The notes under the pieces are model-generated. The model made no database searches, had not been told where the DNA came from, and saw only the letters and a program-made list of their open reading frames with translations. Positions 28,451 through 37,363 of a stretch of DNA of 37,363 bases are shown one piece after another. Position 1 is the stretch's first letter; every line of letters starts with the position of its first letter. The DNA comes from Clostridia bacterium. GTDB lineage: Bacteria; Bacillota; Clostridia; Christensenellales; UBA1242. The position numbers were made by a program, and so were the translations under genes. The stretch spans positions 1 to 37,363 of the forward strand of contig JAZLDP010000095.1 in assembly GCA_045614835.1 (NCBI GenBank). The letters run 5' to 3'.

Positions 28451-29628
28451 TTTACATCTCCACAGATTACACAATCAACTTCACCATCAATCATTGATAA
28501 AGTTAGTTTATCTTCACTTTTTAATTTACTTATAGAGTTAATAATCTTAGAATTTTTGAATACTTTTGAATATCCCATTGATGAAATTTTATTTGGATTA
28601 AAATTCTCAAGTTTAATATTCAATTTATCTAGATTATTATAATTCTTATCCAGAAGTATGTCAATACCATTTAATTTAGCAATATTTTTGTCTAACCTAA
28701 CCAAAACCTTATCTGTTAATGAATTTATACGACTATCCATCTTATCGACACTATAGAAAACATCTTTTTCATATGAACTTATTTTACTTAATAAGTTTCG
28801 TTCCATAATTCTTAGTGAAGACAAAATTCCTTCATTAACAAGATACTTGTCCCAAGCAACAAGTTCTGCCGCAGCAGACGGAGTTGGAACTCTAAGGTCA
28901 GCAACAAAATCTATAATAGTAAAATCTGTCTCGTGTCCAACAGCAGATACTATTGGTTTTTTACAATTAAAAGTAGCAGTCGCAACTAATTCAGAATTAA
29001 AAGGCTCCAAGTCCTCCATACTACCACCACCACGAGCAACTATTATAACATCAACATTTTCATATTGCGAAAAAAAGTCAATACCTGTAGCAATCTCTTT
29101 TTCAGCACCTACACCTTGAACTTTAACTGGGTATAGAACAATATCTATTGTATCATTTCTTCTATGAGTAACATCAATAATATCTCTGATTACTGCACCT
29201 GTAGGACTAGAAACAACACCAATTCTACGCACCCTTTCGGGAATAGGTTTTTTAATAGACGGGTCAAAATAACCTCTTGCTTCAAGTTCAGCCTTAAGTT
29301 TCAAGAATTTCTCAAACAGCAAACCCTTACCATAAGGCATAATTGAATAAGCATTGAAAGATAATCTTCCACCTTTAGCATAGTAACTAATACTACCACT
29401 AACTAGAACCATATCTCCAATTTTGACATTATCATACTTATTAGCACCGAATAGTACACACGGAAGCATACCACTCTCATCTTTAAGATTAAAATAAGCA
29501 TTACCATTAGAAATGTTATAACTACCAATCTCGCCAAAAACACAAATATTTTTGAGCATTACTTCTGCATCAAAAATATTTTTAATGTAATTATTAACTT
29601 GTGCAACTGATATATAACTATCTACCAT
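28447..29628 (-). CDS. xseA: Exodeoxyribonuclease VII large subunit
   Basis: Motifs YFNLKD, TGAVIRDI, VARGGGSMEDL, SAVGHETD and TPSAAAE. Confidence 0.97.
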   Translation of the reverse strand: MVDSYISVAQVNNYIKNIFDAEVMLKNICVFGEIGSYNISNGNAYFNLKDESGMLPCVLFGANKYDNVKIGDMVLVSGSISYYAKGGRLSFNAYSIMPYGKGLLFEKFLKLKAELEARGYFDPSIKKPIPERVRRIGVVSSPTGAVIRDIIDVTHRRNDTIDIVLYPVKVQGVGAEKEIATGIDFFSQYENVDVIIVARGGGSMEDLEPFNSELVATATFNCKKPIVSAVGHETDFTIIDFVADLRVPTPSAAAELVAWDKYLVNEGILSSLRIMERNLLSKISSYEKDVFYSVDKMDSRINSLTDKVLVRLDKNIAKLNGIDILLDKNYNNLDKLNIKLENFNPNKISSMGYSKVFKNSKIINSISKLKSEDKLTLSMIDGEVDCVICGDVK

Positions 29629-30016
29629 CACCTATAACCTTTGCTAATACTCCATTAATAAAACTGTAACTTTTCTCAGTTGAATATTTTTTAGAAAGTT
29701 CAACTGCTTCGTTAATTACAACAGATGGTTGAACATCTCCACTTGCAAATTTTAGTTCATAAACAGCAAGAACCAAAATAGCAAGGTCAATTTTATAAAT
29801 TCGTTCAACTTCATAACCAACTACATTATTTTTGATAATATCAAGGATACTATCATAATTAGAATTAACTCCACCAATTAGTTCGTTAACAAAAAGTTTG
29901 TCTGTATCATCTAATACAAACTCCTCATCATTAAACTCTAGTTCCTGTTCGGGCTCGTGAAAAAACTTCTCAAAAACCAATCTAAAAGCATATTCTCTAC
30001 TTTTCTTTCTACTCAT
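29618..30016 (-). CDS. nusB: Transcription antitermination factor NusB
   Basis: Motifs MSRKKSRE, IDLAILVLAVYEL, INEAVELSKKY and FINGVL; SD AGGAG before ATG 30016. Confidence 0.95.
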   Translation of the reverse strand: MSRKKSREYAFRLVFEKFFHEPEQELEFNDEEFVLDDTDKLFVNELIGGVNSNYDSILDIIKNNVVGYEVERIYKIDLAILVLAVYELKFASGDVQPSVVINEAVELSKKYSTEKSYSFINGVLAKVIGDGR

Positions 30017-30077
30017 AATTCTTCTCCTAAAATAAAGAAACAAACCCAAGAATTTTATTCAAGGGTTGTAAGTTTTC

Positions 30078-30455
30078 TTATACAAGTTCGTCTTTAAGTA
30101 TTTCTACACCTAAAACATGAACATTGATTTTATTAATTTTAATATCTATCATACCAGATAGACTATTCTTAATATTCTCTTGTACCCTAAAAGCAACTTC
30201 AGTAACATTGTAGCCAAAACATACATTGATATAAACATCAACTGTCATCGCATTTTTAACATAAGAAACTTTAACACCGTCATAATAGTTATTACTAAAC
30301 CATCTCTTAAGAGCAGAGCCAAATTTAGTAACAATACTACTAACACCAGCAATTTCTTTAGTAGCTAGATTTATTACAGACAAAACGATATCGCTACCAT
30401 AAGTAACATTACCCTTTGCTTGTTTTTTGATACTATTCTTATTATCGTACATCAT
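30078..30455 (-). CDS. Asp23/Gls24 family protein (YqhY-like)
   Basis: GNVTY...ATKEIAGV and VDVYINVCFG...VQENIK...INVHVLG; lies between spoIIIAH and nusB. Confidence 0.9.
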   Translation of the reverse strand: MMYDNKNSIKKQAKGNVTYGSDIVLSVINLATKEIAGVSSIVTKFGSALKRWFSNNYYDGVKVSYVKNAMTVDVYINVCFGYNVTEVAFRVQENIKNSLSGMIDIKINKINVHVLGVEILKDELV

Positions 30456-30543
30456 AATCTATCTTTCCTTAAAATTTCATAACAAAGTATTAATGATATG
30501 GTTTCAAATTACATACTGCACAACTTTAATACTTTATATACAT

Positions 30544-30572
30544 AATATATCACAAACAACTAAATTAATCAA
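30544..30572 (-). promoter_or_regulatory. sigma-A promoter of the asp23-nusB-xseAB-proS operon
   Basis: TTGATT-17-TATATT with an extended -10 TG. Confidence 0.55.
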
Positions 30573-30672
30573 TTAGTTATATTATAAATAATTTTGTTTT
30601 TAAGAAAATATTTTTAAAAATTTTTATGAATTATATATACTAAAATTCAAATTAGCAAACCTTAAAAATAGA

Positions 30673-31191
30673 TTATACTTCGATAATTTTAATATTATCA
30701 ATTACATAATCAGAATTGCTAGTTACAACATCAACAATTTGCGCAACCTCACTAGCTGTAAGACCATTAGTCTCAACCATTACACTAATATTACTTGTTG
30801 ATGTAGATACAACAACATCTTCAAATCCTTTTGCAAGAATTAAGTTCTCTAGTTTAAGCGCAACTTCCATATTTTTAATAAGAGCAAGTCTTTCAGCTTC
30901 AGCAGCTTTCTTTGCTTCTGCAGAAGTAGCATCACTAGCAATAATAGCATCTAAATATAAGATTTCTTGATTTCTAGTCTCTTGTCTGTCATCTCTATAA
31001 TTACTGAAAAATGTTGCATTAGCAGAAACTTGAGCAGACACCTTATCTGTAGCAAGATTATTAACAAGAATATTAACACCACCAGTTACAAGTAGCAATA
31101 CACAGAAACTACTCAAAACCAATACTTTTTTTAATTTACTTGACATTTTTTTATGAGTTCTAACTTTTTTAACTTTATTCTTTTCTTTCAT
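30673..31191 (-). CDS. spoIIIAH: Stage III sporulation protein AH
   Basis: N-terminal TM; motifs FFSNYRDDRQETR, LENLILAKGFEDVVV and EVAQIVDVV; last gene of the spoIIIA operon. Confidence 0.92.
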   Translation of the reverse strand: MKEKNKVKKVRTHKKMSSKLKKVLVLSSFCVLLLVTGGVNILVNNLATDKVSAQVSANATFFSNYRDDRQETRNQEILYLDAIIASDATSAEAKKAAEAERLALIKNMEVALKLENLILAKGFEDVVVSTSTSNISVMVETNGLTASEVAQIVDVVTSNSDYVIDNIKIIEV

Positions 31192-31203
31192 TATAATACT
31201 CCT

Positions 31204-31797
31204 TTATACACCTTTTAAAACAGTAACTTGTTCAGTTGAAATATCTAGCAAAGTTGATACGGCTTTTAATAAATTTAATCTGGTTTCTACTTTACCCGCA
31301 CCACTAGAAACAACAATCACCCCCTTTACTGCAGGTAAAACTTCAGTCATAACCAAAGCACTAGATGAGCCGTTAGCATCTATAATTATAGGACTAGAAT
31401 ATGTAGAAGAAGTAGTAGAACCACTAGAATTAGTACTAGAGGTTTTATCTTGTTCATTAGCATATATAAGTTCAGGACTACCATCAACAGTAACCATAAC
31501 ACTAACAGTTCCAGCACCATCTACTTTAGACAGAACATCAATTAATTTGTTCTCAATTATTTTACAATAATCCATAGTACTAATATAAGAACTTGTAGTA
31601 ACCACATTACTGCTTGTACTTTTTGATTTACCAGAACCAAATCCAAATAACAATATAACACTTATTAGACCAACAATAACAAGCAAAATGATTTTAATAT
31701 TTTTCTTAGTCATTAGACCTTCTAACCTTGCAAATATTGATTTGAACCTACTCGTACTACTATTACTATTCGAAACAACAACCACTTCTTTATCCAT
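31204..31797 (-). CDS. spoIIIAG: Stage III sporulation protein AG
   Basis: ENKLIDVLSKVDGAGTVSVMVT and PAVKGVIVVSSGA. Confidence 0.92.
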   Translation of the reverse strand: MDKEVVVVSNSNSSTSRFKSIFARLEGLMTKKNIKIILLVIVGLISVILLFGFGSGKSKSTSSNVVTTSSYISTMDYCKIIENKLIDVLSKVDGAGTVSVMVTVDGSPELIYANEQDKTSSTNSSGSTTSSTYSSPIIIDANGSSSALVMTEVLPAVKGVIVVSSGAGKVETRLNLLKAVSTLLDISTEQVTVLKGV

Positions 31798-32248
31798 AAA
31801 CAATTATCCTTTCAGCATCAATTTTCAACAAACCAGAAACCTCTTTGATTATTACTTCATATTTATTTATATTCGTTACATTTTCAGTTAGAACTAAATT
31901 AGTTGTATCCAAATAAATTTTATCAATATAGAATTCATCTTCTGACAAAATGATATCAATTTTTACAATTACACCACTAATACCACAACTTTTTAAATGT
32001 GTATCAATTCTTGTCTTTATAGATTGTATTTTTGCTTCTTCGAGATTATTAATAAGCTGTTGATTAACACTACCACCTAGAGTTAATTTGTCTAAATCTA
32101 TATTTAGAATAGGAGTAATCATAACAACAACAGCAACAATACCAAAAATCGTTTTACATAGAGTATTAGTTTTGCCATTAGGATAAATCAAATCAAACAG
32201 AACACCTAAAAATATCACTCCAGTTATAGACAGTAACCAACTCGACAT
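31790..32248 (-). CDS. spoIIIAF: Stage III sporulation protein AF
   Basis: Two N-terminal TMs (WLLSI...LIYPNG...ITPI); operon position. Confidence 0.8.
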   Translation of the reverse strand: MSSWLLSITGVIFLGVLFDLIYPNGKTNTLCKTIFGIVAVVVMITPILNIDLDKLTLGGSVNQQLINNLEEAKIQSIKTRIDTHLKSCGISGVIVKIDIILSEDEFYIDKIYLDTTNLVLTENVTNINKYEVIIKEVSGLLKIDAERIIVYG

Positions 32249-32259
32249 TTAACCTACCT

Positions 32260-33471
32260 CTAAAAAATATTAGCCGTACACATAATAAGAGCTATAGTTA
32301 TCAAATACATAAAAGCAACTCCTAAAATTATTACAATCGGCATAATTAATAGCTTTGAGCAATTAGTAGAAAATTCGCTCAGTTTTTTGCTACCACACAT
32401 TTCAAGTATAGCACCACATAATTGAAGACCTAATTTAACTATGACAATTGATACAATTGGAGAAATTATTGTTAAAAATAATATAAAAAATCCAACCAAT
32501 CCTATTGTATTTTTTACAAGCACAGACCCCAATACTAGAAAATCCATACCATCTGAAATATAAGAACCAATAATTGGTATATAACTTTTAACAGCAAACT
32601 TAGTAGCCTTGATACTAACACTATCATAACGACCAGCAGTTATTCCTTGTATAGACAAAAAACCAGTAAATAAAGTAAATACAATGCCTACCGCCCACTT
32701 AAATACACTTGTTAAAAAACCTTGCAATTTATTCAATTTAACCGTATCAGTAAGATTTCCAAGAATAGCAAGAACAAATACTACTATAAAAATAGGATAC
32801 AATAATTTTTCAAAAACAAAACCAACAATTGCAGTTAGTACCGCAACCAAAGGATTATATATTGCAATAGAGGAAAAAGAACCAATCGAAGTCATCAATG
32901 CAAGTAGAATAGGAAACAAAATTTCCATCTGTTTCAATAAAGAACCAAGAGTTGTAGATACTAGAGCAAGAACATCTTTGAATACAAATATAATCGTAAT
33001 TATCATTACAGACATACAGACAAAATGTATAATATCACTTGTATCTGAGCTATTCTTAAATTCATTGATTAAACTAGCAAGTATACCAATTGCAAGTATT
33101 GTAAATATAAATGGCAAAAACTCTCTTATGTCTACTAAAAATAAACTAATAAACCCTTTAATAACACTAGAATAATTTGTAGAAAACTCACCATTTAAAA
33201 CTTCAACTACTTTATCCTTTATAGTTCCATTAAATAAATCCAATGTATCCAAATCTTCAACAAGTTCATTCAGTTCGCCAAAACTAATACCATCTATAAC
33301 TTGCATAACAACTTCAGACAATCTAATTTCGTTGTTATTACTTGTACTGGCAGAAACATAATTAGAAGTATGGCATAATAGAAGTAAAAATATAATAAGC
33401 AATAATGAACCAAGCATAAGCCAAATTCTTGAGTATTTAGATTTATCATAAAATAATTTCGATATTTTCAT
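32260..33471 (-). CDS. spoIIIAE: Stage III sporulation protein AE
   Basis: Polytopic membrane protein; ATKFAVKSYIPIIG...VLVKNTIG. Confidence 0.92.
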   Translation of the reverse strand: MKISKLFYDKSKYSRIWLMLGSLLLIIFLLLLCHTSNYVSASTSNNNEIRLSEVVMQVIDGISFGELNELVEDLDTLDLFNGTIKDKVVEVLNGEFSTNYSSVIKGFISLFLVDIREFLPFIFTILAIGILASLINEFKNSSDTSDIIHFVCMSVMIITIIFVFKDVLALVSTTLGSLLKQMEILFPILLALMTSIGSFSSIAIYNPLVAVLTAIVGFVFEKLLYPIFIVVFVLAILGNLTDTVKLNKLQGFLTSVFKWAVGIVFTLFTGFLSIQGITAGRYDSVSIKATKFAVKSYIPIIGSYISDGMDFLVLGSVLVKNTIGLVGFFILFLTIISPIVSIVIVKLGLQLCGAILEMCGSKKLSEFSTNCSKLLIMPIVIILGVAFMYLITIALIMCTANIF

Positions 33472-33854
33472 TAAACAAGTTCCAATATCATTTCAAACAA
33501 ATTTCTTATTATCGGCATACTTACCACAAAAATCATTATCTTACCAGCAAGTATAACTTTATCGGCTATTGAGTTATTTCCGCTATCACGACAAACACTT
33601 GCAGAGAACTCAACAAGATACCCTAGCCCTACAATTTTTAGCAGACTAGCAAACAAATTACTACTAATTCCAGTCTTGTCTATCACTTCTTGAAAAAAAG
33701 CAAATACTTCAGTTAAATAATTAAGAATATAAAGAAGTAAAACAATACTACCAACAATCAAGCATAAGAGAGCATATTCAGGTTTAACTTGTTTCAGAAA
33801 CACAACAAGCATTGAAATAATTATTCCAAGCACCAAAACTTTAACAAGAACCAC
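33471..33854 (-). CDS. spoIIIAD: Stage III sporulation protein AD
   Basis: LKQVKPEYA and LLKIVGLGYLVEFSASVCRDSG; GTG start after GGAGGT. Confidence 0.93.
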   Translation of the reverse strand: MVLVKVLVLGIIISMLVVFLKQVKPEYALLCLIVGSIVLLLYILNYLTEVFAFFQEVIDKTGISSNLFASLLKIVGLGYLVEFSASVCRDSGNNSIADKVILAGKIMIFVVSMPIIRNLFEMILELV

Positions 33855-33868
33855 CCATACCTCCAGTT

Positions 33869-34063
33869 CTACATAGAAAATAAAGATTTAACAGTAGTAA
33901 ACAATTCGCTAATCATACTTGTAATACTAAACAAAACAACTATTATCCCTGCAAGTGTTACAAAAGTTGCAATTTCTTCTTTGCCAGAAAGTTTCAAAAT
34001 CTGATTAATAACCGCAGTCAAAACACCTATTCCTGCAATTTTAAAAATTATATCTATATCCAC
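33869..34063 (-). CDS. spoIIIAC: Stage III sporulation protein AC
   Basis: MDIDIIFKIAGIG...GKEEIATFVTLAG. Confidence 0.95.
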   Translation of the reverse strand: MDIDIIFKIAGIGVLTAVINQILKLSGKEEIATFVTLAGIIVVLFSITSMISELFTTVKSLFSM

Positions 34064-34072
34064 TTTTGCCTC

Positions 34073-34528
34073 TTAAATTAAAATAATAAATATAGCTAGT
34101 CCAACACCAATAATTAATTTTAAATACATTTTACCATCTTTATCGAGAAGTTCTTTTGTAGTAGTTTTTTTATCTAAAAATTCACCTTCATAATAGTTAA
34201 TATTATTAATCTCATAACCAACATCACCTCTACCCAAACTCTTAATAAAACCCTCAAAAACTAGCAACTCTTCTTTAGTCAAAATATATGACTTTCTATT
34301 ACTCAACTTATCGTATAGAATATTTTTAGTGAGAGAAGACACTCTCTTTTCTGCACTTGATAATAGTTCATCTATTGTATTTTTATTAAATGAGATATTA
34401 TTTTTCAGCATTTTACATAAATAAACCATATCTTTATAGACAATATGTTTGTAGTAATATTTAAGATAAACAAGAATTGCTAGTACAACAAATAAAATAA
34501 GTAATACAATTAAGAAAATAAGTTTCAT
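34073..34528 (-). CDS. spoIIIAB: Stage III sporulation protein AB
   Basis: N- and C-terminal TMs; SLGRGD and KMYLKLIIGVGL; lies between AA and AC. Confidence 0.82.
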   Translation of the reverse strand: MKLIFLIVLLILFVVLAILVYLKYYYKHIVYKDMVYLCKMLKNNISFNKNTIDELLSSAEKRVSSLTKNILYDKLSNRKSYILTKEELLVFEGFIKSLGRGDVGYEINNINYYEGEFLDKKTTTKELLDKDGKMYLKLIIGVGLAIFIILI

Positions 34529-35440
34529 TTACACACCTATCAAATGTAAATTTTCATTAAACACACCCTTAAGCGTTCCAACACCGTCATCTTTGCTAAG
34601 AACAATATATCTAGTAAAAAGTTTCTTATTCAAAACATCTTTAAAATCTCTCTTGTTCTTTAAGTCAAAAATATCACTTGCGTGAATACTAGCAATAACT
34701 TTAACACCAGAAGTCATAGCATTTTCTATATCTTCCAAATCTTTCTCAATATTAATTTCATCAGTGATAATAACATCTGGTTTCATACTTCTAATACCAT
34801 TATTAAGTGCAAATTTTTTGGTTGAATTTGAATAACAATCAACATTTCTAAGTTTAACAATATCCTCACCATTAAAAACATTTAAAAGTTCTTGCCTCTC
34901 ATCTACTATCAAAATATTAAGAAGATTATTCCTAATAGATAGTTGATAAATTATATCTCTTAGATATGTAGTTTTACCTGCCCCTGGTGGAGATATTATC
35001 AAAGTGTTATTAACCTCTTCATTAGAAAATAAATAATTGTATATTCCTAAACTACAATTCTTGCATAGATGCGGAAATCTAAAATTTAGAGAAGAAATAT
35101 TCTTGATTGTTTTAATCTGATTATCTACAGAAACAACTTCGCCACACACACCAACTCTAATTCCACCATCATAACTAATATAACCATTAATAAGTTGGTC
35201 ATTTACGCTATATAAAGAGCGTTTTACTAGTTTTTGCATAATACTTTGCAGAGTACTAGAATTAACAACAATTGCATTAGAATTATCTTTCGAAAGTTCA
35301 TTGTCATTTAAGTAATAATTCTCACCAACAATATTAACCACAACTGGATTATCAGCCCTCAGTCTCAACTCACACAGATTACTATAAGGCACTTTTGAAA
35401 GAGCCTTAGATAATCTCTCAGATAGAACCTCACTTAACAT
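34529..35440 (-). CDS. spoIIIAA: Stage III sporulation protein AA (ATPase)
   Basis: Motifs ELRLR, GGIRVGVCG, SPPGAGKTTYLRD, IVDER and RSMKPDVIITDEI; SD GGAGG before ATG 35440. Confidence 0.95.
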   Translation of the reverse strand: MLSEVLSERLSKALSKVPYSNLCELRLRADNPVVVNIVGENYYLNDNELSKDNSNAIVVNSSTLQSIMQKLVKRSLYSVNDQLINGYISYDGGIRVGVCGEVVSVDNQIKTIKNISSLNFRFPHLCKNCSLGIYNYLFSNEEVNNTLIISPPGAGKTTYLRDIIYQLSIRNNLLNILIVDERQELLNVFNGEDIVKLRNVDCYSNSTKKFALNNGIRSMKPDVIITDEINIEKDLEDIENAMTSGVKVIASIHASDIFDLKNKRDFKDVLNKKLFTRYIVLSKDDGVGTLKGVFNENLHLIGV

Positions 35441-35503
35441 ATAACCTCCTAAGAAATTAAATAGCAAAAACTAGTATAGTTAACAATAATTCATATACAC
35501 TAT

Positions 35504-35532
35504 AGAGTATTCATAAGACTAGATAAATAAGA
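35504..35532 (-). promoter_or_regulatory. sigma-E-type promoter of the spoIIIA operon
   Basis: TCTTATT-14-AATACTCT; spoIIIA is sigma-E dependent in characterised spore formers. Confidence 0.55.
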
Positions 35533-35539
35533 TTAAAAC

Positions 35540-35574
35540 AAAAAAAGAATATGGATAAGAGTTTCCATATTCTT
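35540..35574 (-). terminator. Terminator after the endonuclease IV-like gene
   Basis: Stem aagaatatgga/tccatattctt with a U-run. Confidence 0.8.
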
Positions 35575-35623
35575 CAAATAATTACAAATTATAACACTAT
35601 ATATTTAGAATATATACAAGTAA

Positions 35624-36469
35624 CTAGTAGTTCAAATATATATCTTTAAGTATTTTGGCATCTCTCGCCATATATTCTTTACTTTCAGAAATAACAGTAC
35701 AATACAAATCATACTCTTTTAATATCTCAGCAAGTGGGTCAAAATCGGGACCATAGATTGCATCTTCAAGAGTTAAATGTTTAACTTCACCTTTGGAAGA
35801 ATACTCAATTTTACTAAAATGTATATGAGCAATATTAGTTTTTTCTCTACCAATAACCTCTATACTTCTATCAATAATTTTTCTATAATCTTCCTTAGTC
35901 TTAAGAGTTCCTTGAGTTAAAGCATTAATATGTCCAAAATCAAAAGTAGGAATAAAATTATCAGAAATAGTACAGAAGTCTAGTATTTCTTCATAAGTAC
36001 CAATCTGTGCAGACTTACCCATAGTCTCAAGACAAATATACATATCAGAATAACCCGCTTCCTCAATTTTATCTTGAAGGACAATTAGTCTCTTCTTACA
36101 CAATTCAACCGCTTCTTCTCTAGTCATTTTACCTTGAGAAGCAGGATGAACAACAAGTCTATTTCCTCCAAGAAGTCTTAATTTTCTAAGACTTTCTAAT
36201 ACATAGCCATAACTTTTTTCTGCATTTTCATCAAGAGGTGTTGCAAAGTTAATATAATACGGAGCGTGAACAGAAATGGCAATTCCATATTTTTTCATCT
36301 CTTCTCCAATTGCAACTGCAGTATCATCAGGCAAAGTAAATCCTTTACCAAAAGAATATTCATAAGCATCAAGTCCAATACTCTTCAGCCACTCAGGTGC
36401 TTGGATTGTTCTTTTATATCCAGCATCATAGAATGTTTTGCAGTTTCCTGCAGGTCCAAATTTTACCAT
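35624..36469 (-). CDS. Endonuclease IV-like (AP endonuclease 2) TIM-barrel protein
   Basis: Metal-ligand motifs SVHAPYYIN, VVHP, LETMGK, DFGH, HIHFS and ISES. Confidence 0.85.
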   Translation of the reverse strand: MVKFGPAGNCKTFYDAGYKRTIQAPEWLKSIGLDAYEYSFGKGFTLPDDTAVAIGEEMKKYGIAISVHAPYYINFATPLDENAEKSYGYVLESLRKLRLLGGNRLVVHPASQGKMTREEAVELCKKRLIVLQDKIEEAGYSDMYICLETMGKSAQIGTYEEILDFCTISDNFIPTFDFGHINALTQGTLKTKEDYRKIIDRSIEVIGREKTNIAHIHFSKIEYSSKGEVKHLTLEDAIYGPDFDPLAEILKEYDLYCTVISESKEYMARDAKILKDIYLNY

Positions 36470-36471
36470 AA

Positions 36472-37341
36472 TTAATTTTCCTTTTGTTCATATAAAAAAG
36501 TATCAATAATAAGCTCGTTTGTATTACACTTAGCAACTCCAATAATCTCATCACCACACATTACAAAGGTAGGATTAACAAAAGTTAAGCATTTAGGTTT
36601 TTTGCCATTAAGCAAATCTATCATAATATCTTTGTTAACCTCGAACCTATCGAAATTATTAAAGGCATCTACAGGACTAATAACATAGTCATCACAACTA
36701 TTCAAATCCAATAATTTATCAAGTTCAATAGCATTATCTTTAAGAAATGTACCAGTCTCAATTCTCTCAAGATAACTCATACAACCATATGTACCACATA
36801 GTTCACCCAAATCTCGAGCAATTGCTCTAATATATGTACCGGAACTACAAACAATATCAAACTTATACTGACTATCACTAATTTTCTCAATCAAATCTAG
36901 TTGATAAATTGTAATATTCTTAGGCTTTAGTTCAAATTCTACCCCCTCTCTTGCAAGGTCATAAGCTCTTCTACCATTAACACATTTTGCACTATAAAGA
37001 GGCGGAATTTGGTCAATACTTCCAAGTAATTTTTTAGAAGCCTCTAACAATTCTTCTTGAGTTGGAATTTGACCATTTTCATTAGTTATGACACCTTCAA
37101 TATCAAGTGTATCAGTAGTATATCCAAAATCAAAGATAGCGGTATATCTTTTAGTCTTATTAAGCGAATAATCAAACATTCTAGTAGCCTTTCCAATCGC
37201 TATTGGCAACACACCACAAGCAAGAGGGTCAAGCGTTCCCATATGCCCAATTTTGCTAATATGGAACTTTTTCTTAAGTTTTTGTACAACAGCATTACTT
37301 GTAATGCCTGATGGTTTGTATATATTTAGAAATCCTATCAT
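36472..37341 (-). CDS. truB: tRNA pseudouridine(55) synthase TruB
   Basis: Motifs YKPSGITS, GHMGTLDPLACGVL, PPLYSAK and CSSGTYIRAIARDLG. Confidence 0.97.
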   Translation of the reverse strand: MIGFLNIYKPSGITSNAVVQKLKKKFHISKIGHMGTLDPLACGVLPIAIGKATRMFDYSLNKTKRYTAIFDFGYTTDTLDIEGVITNENGQIPTQEELLEASKKLLGSIDQIPPLYSAKCVNGRRAYDLAREGVEFELKPKNITIYQLDLIEKISDSQYKFDIVCSSGTYIRAIARDLGELCGTYGCMSYLERIETGTFLKDNAIELDKLLDLNSCDDYVISPVDAFNNFDRFEVNKDIMIDLLNGKKPKCLTFVNPTFVMCGDEIIGVAKCNTNELIIDTFLYEQKEN

Positions 37342-37363
37342 ATAGTTTCCTTTTATAAATTTT

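Overview
This is a very AT-rich core-genome segment from a spore-forming Clostridia-like Firmicute (taxonomy inferred from gene content). All 38 credible CDSs lie on the minus strand. In transcription order: truB, endonuclease IV-like, spoIIIAA-AH, asp23, nusB, xseAB, proS, argR, recN, spoIVB, infC-rpmI-rplT, TrmH methyltransferase, yebC, ruvCAB, queA, tgt, yajC, TIGR04086-like membrane protein, secD, secF, recJ, rel, hemZ, rpsO, pnp, MarR regulator, degV, ylxY/swsB-like deacetylase. I saw no mobile elements, CRISPR arrays, tRNAs or rRNAs. The most notable observations are: (i) a full-length Rel with a destroyed hydrolase domain and an altered synthetase domain; (ii) SecD and SecF apparently lacking the proton-coupling Asp/Asp/Arg residues; (iii) two unannotated structured RNAs starting at predicted sigma-A start sites, namely a ~220-nt pseudoknot/switch-like argR leader beside an array of ARG boxes and a ~110-nt rod upstream of secD where SCIFF genes normally sit; (iv) spo0A missing after spoIVB, with a 15-bp tandem duplication at that junction; (v) a hairpin that hides the spoIVB RBS and would be opened only by a forespore-promoter transcript. 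All calls are by-eye motif and synteny recognition; no searches or folding programs were run.
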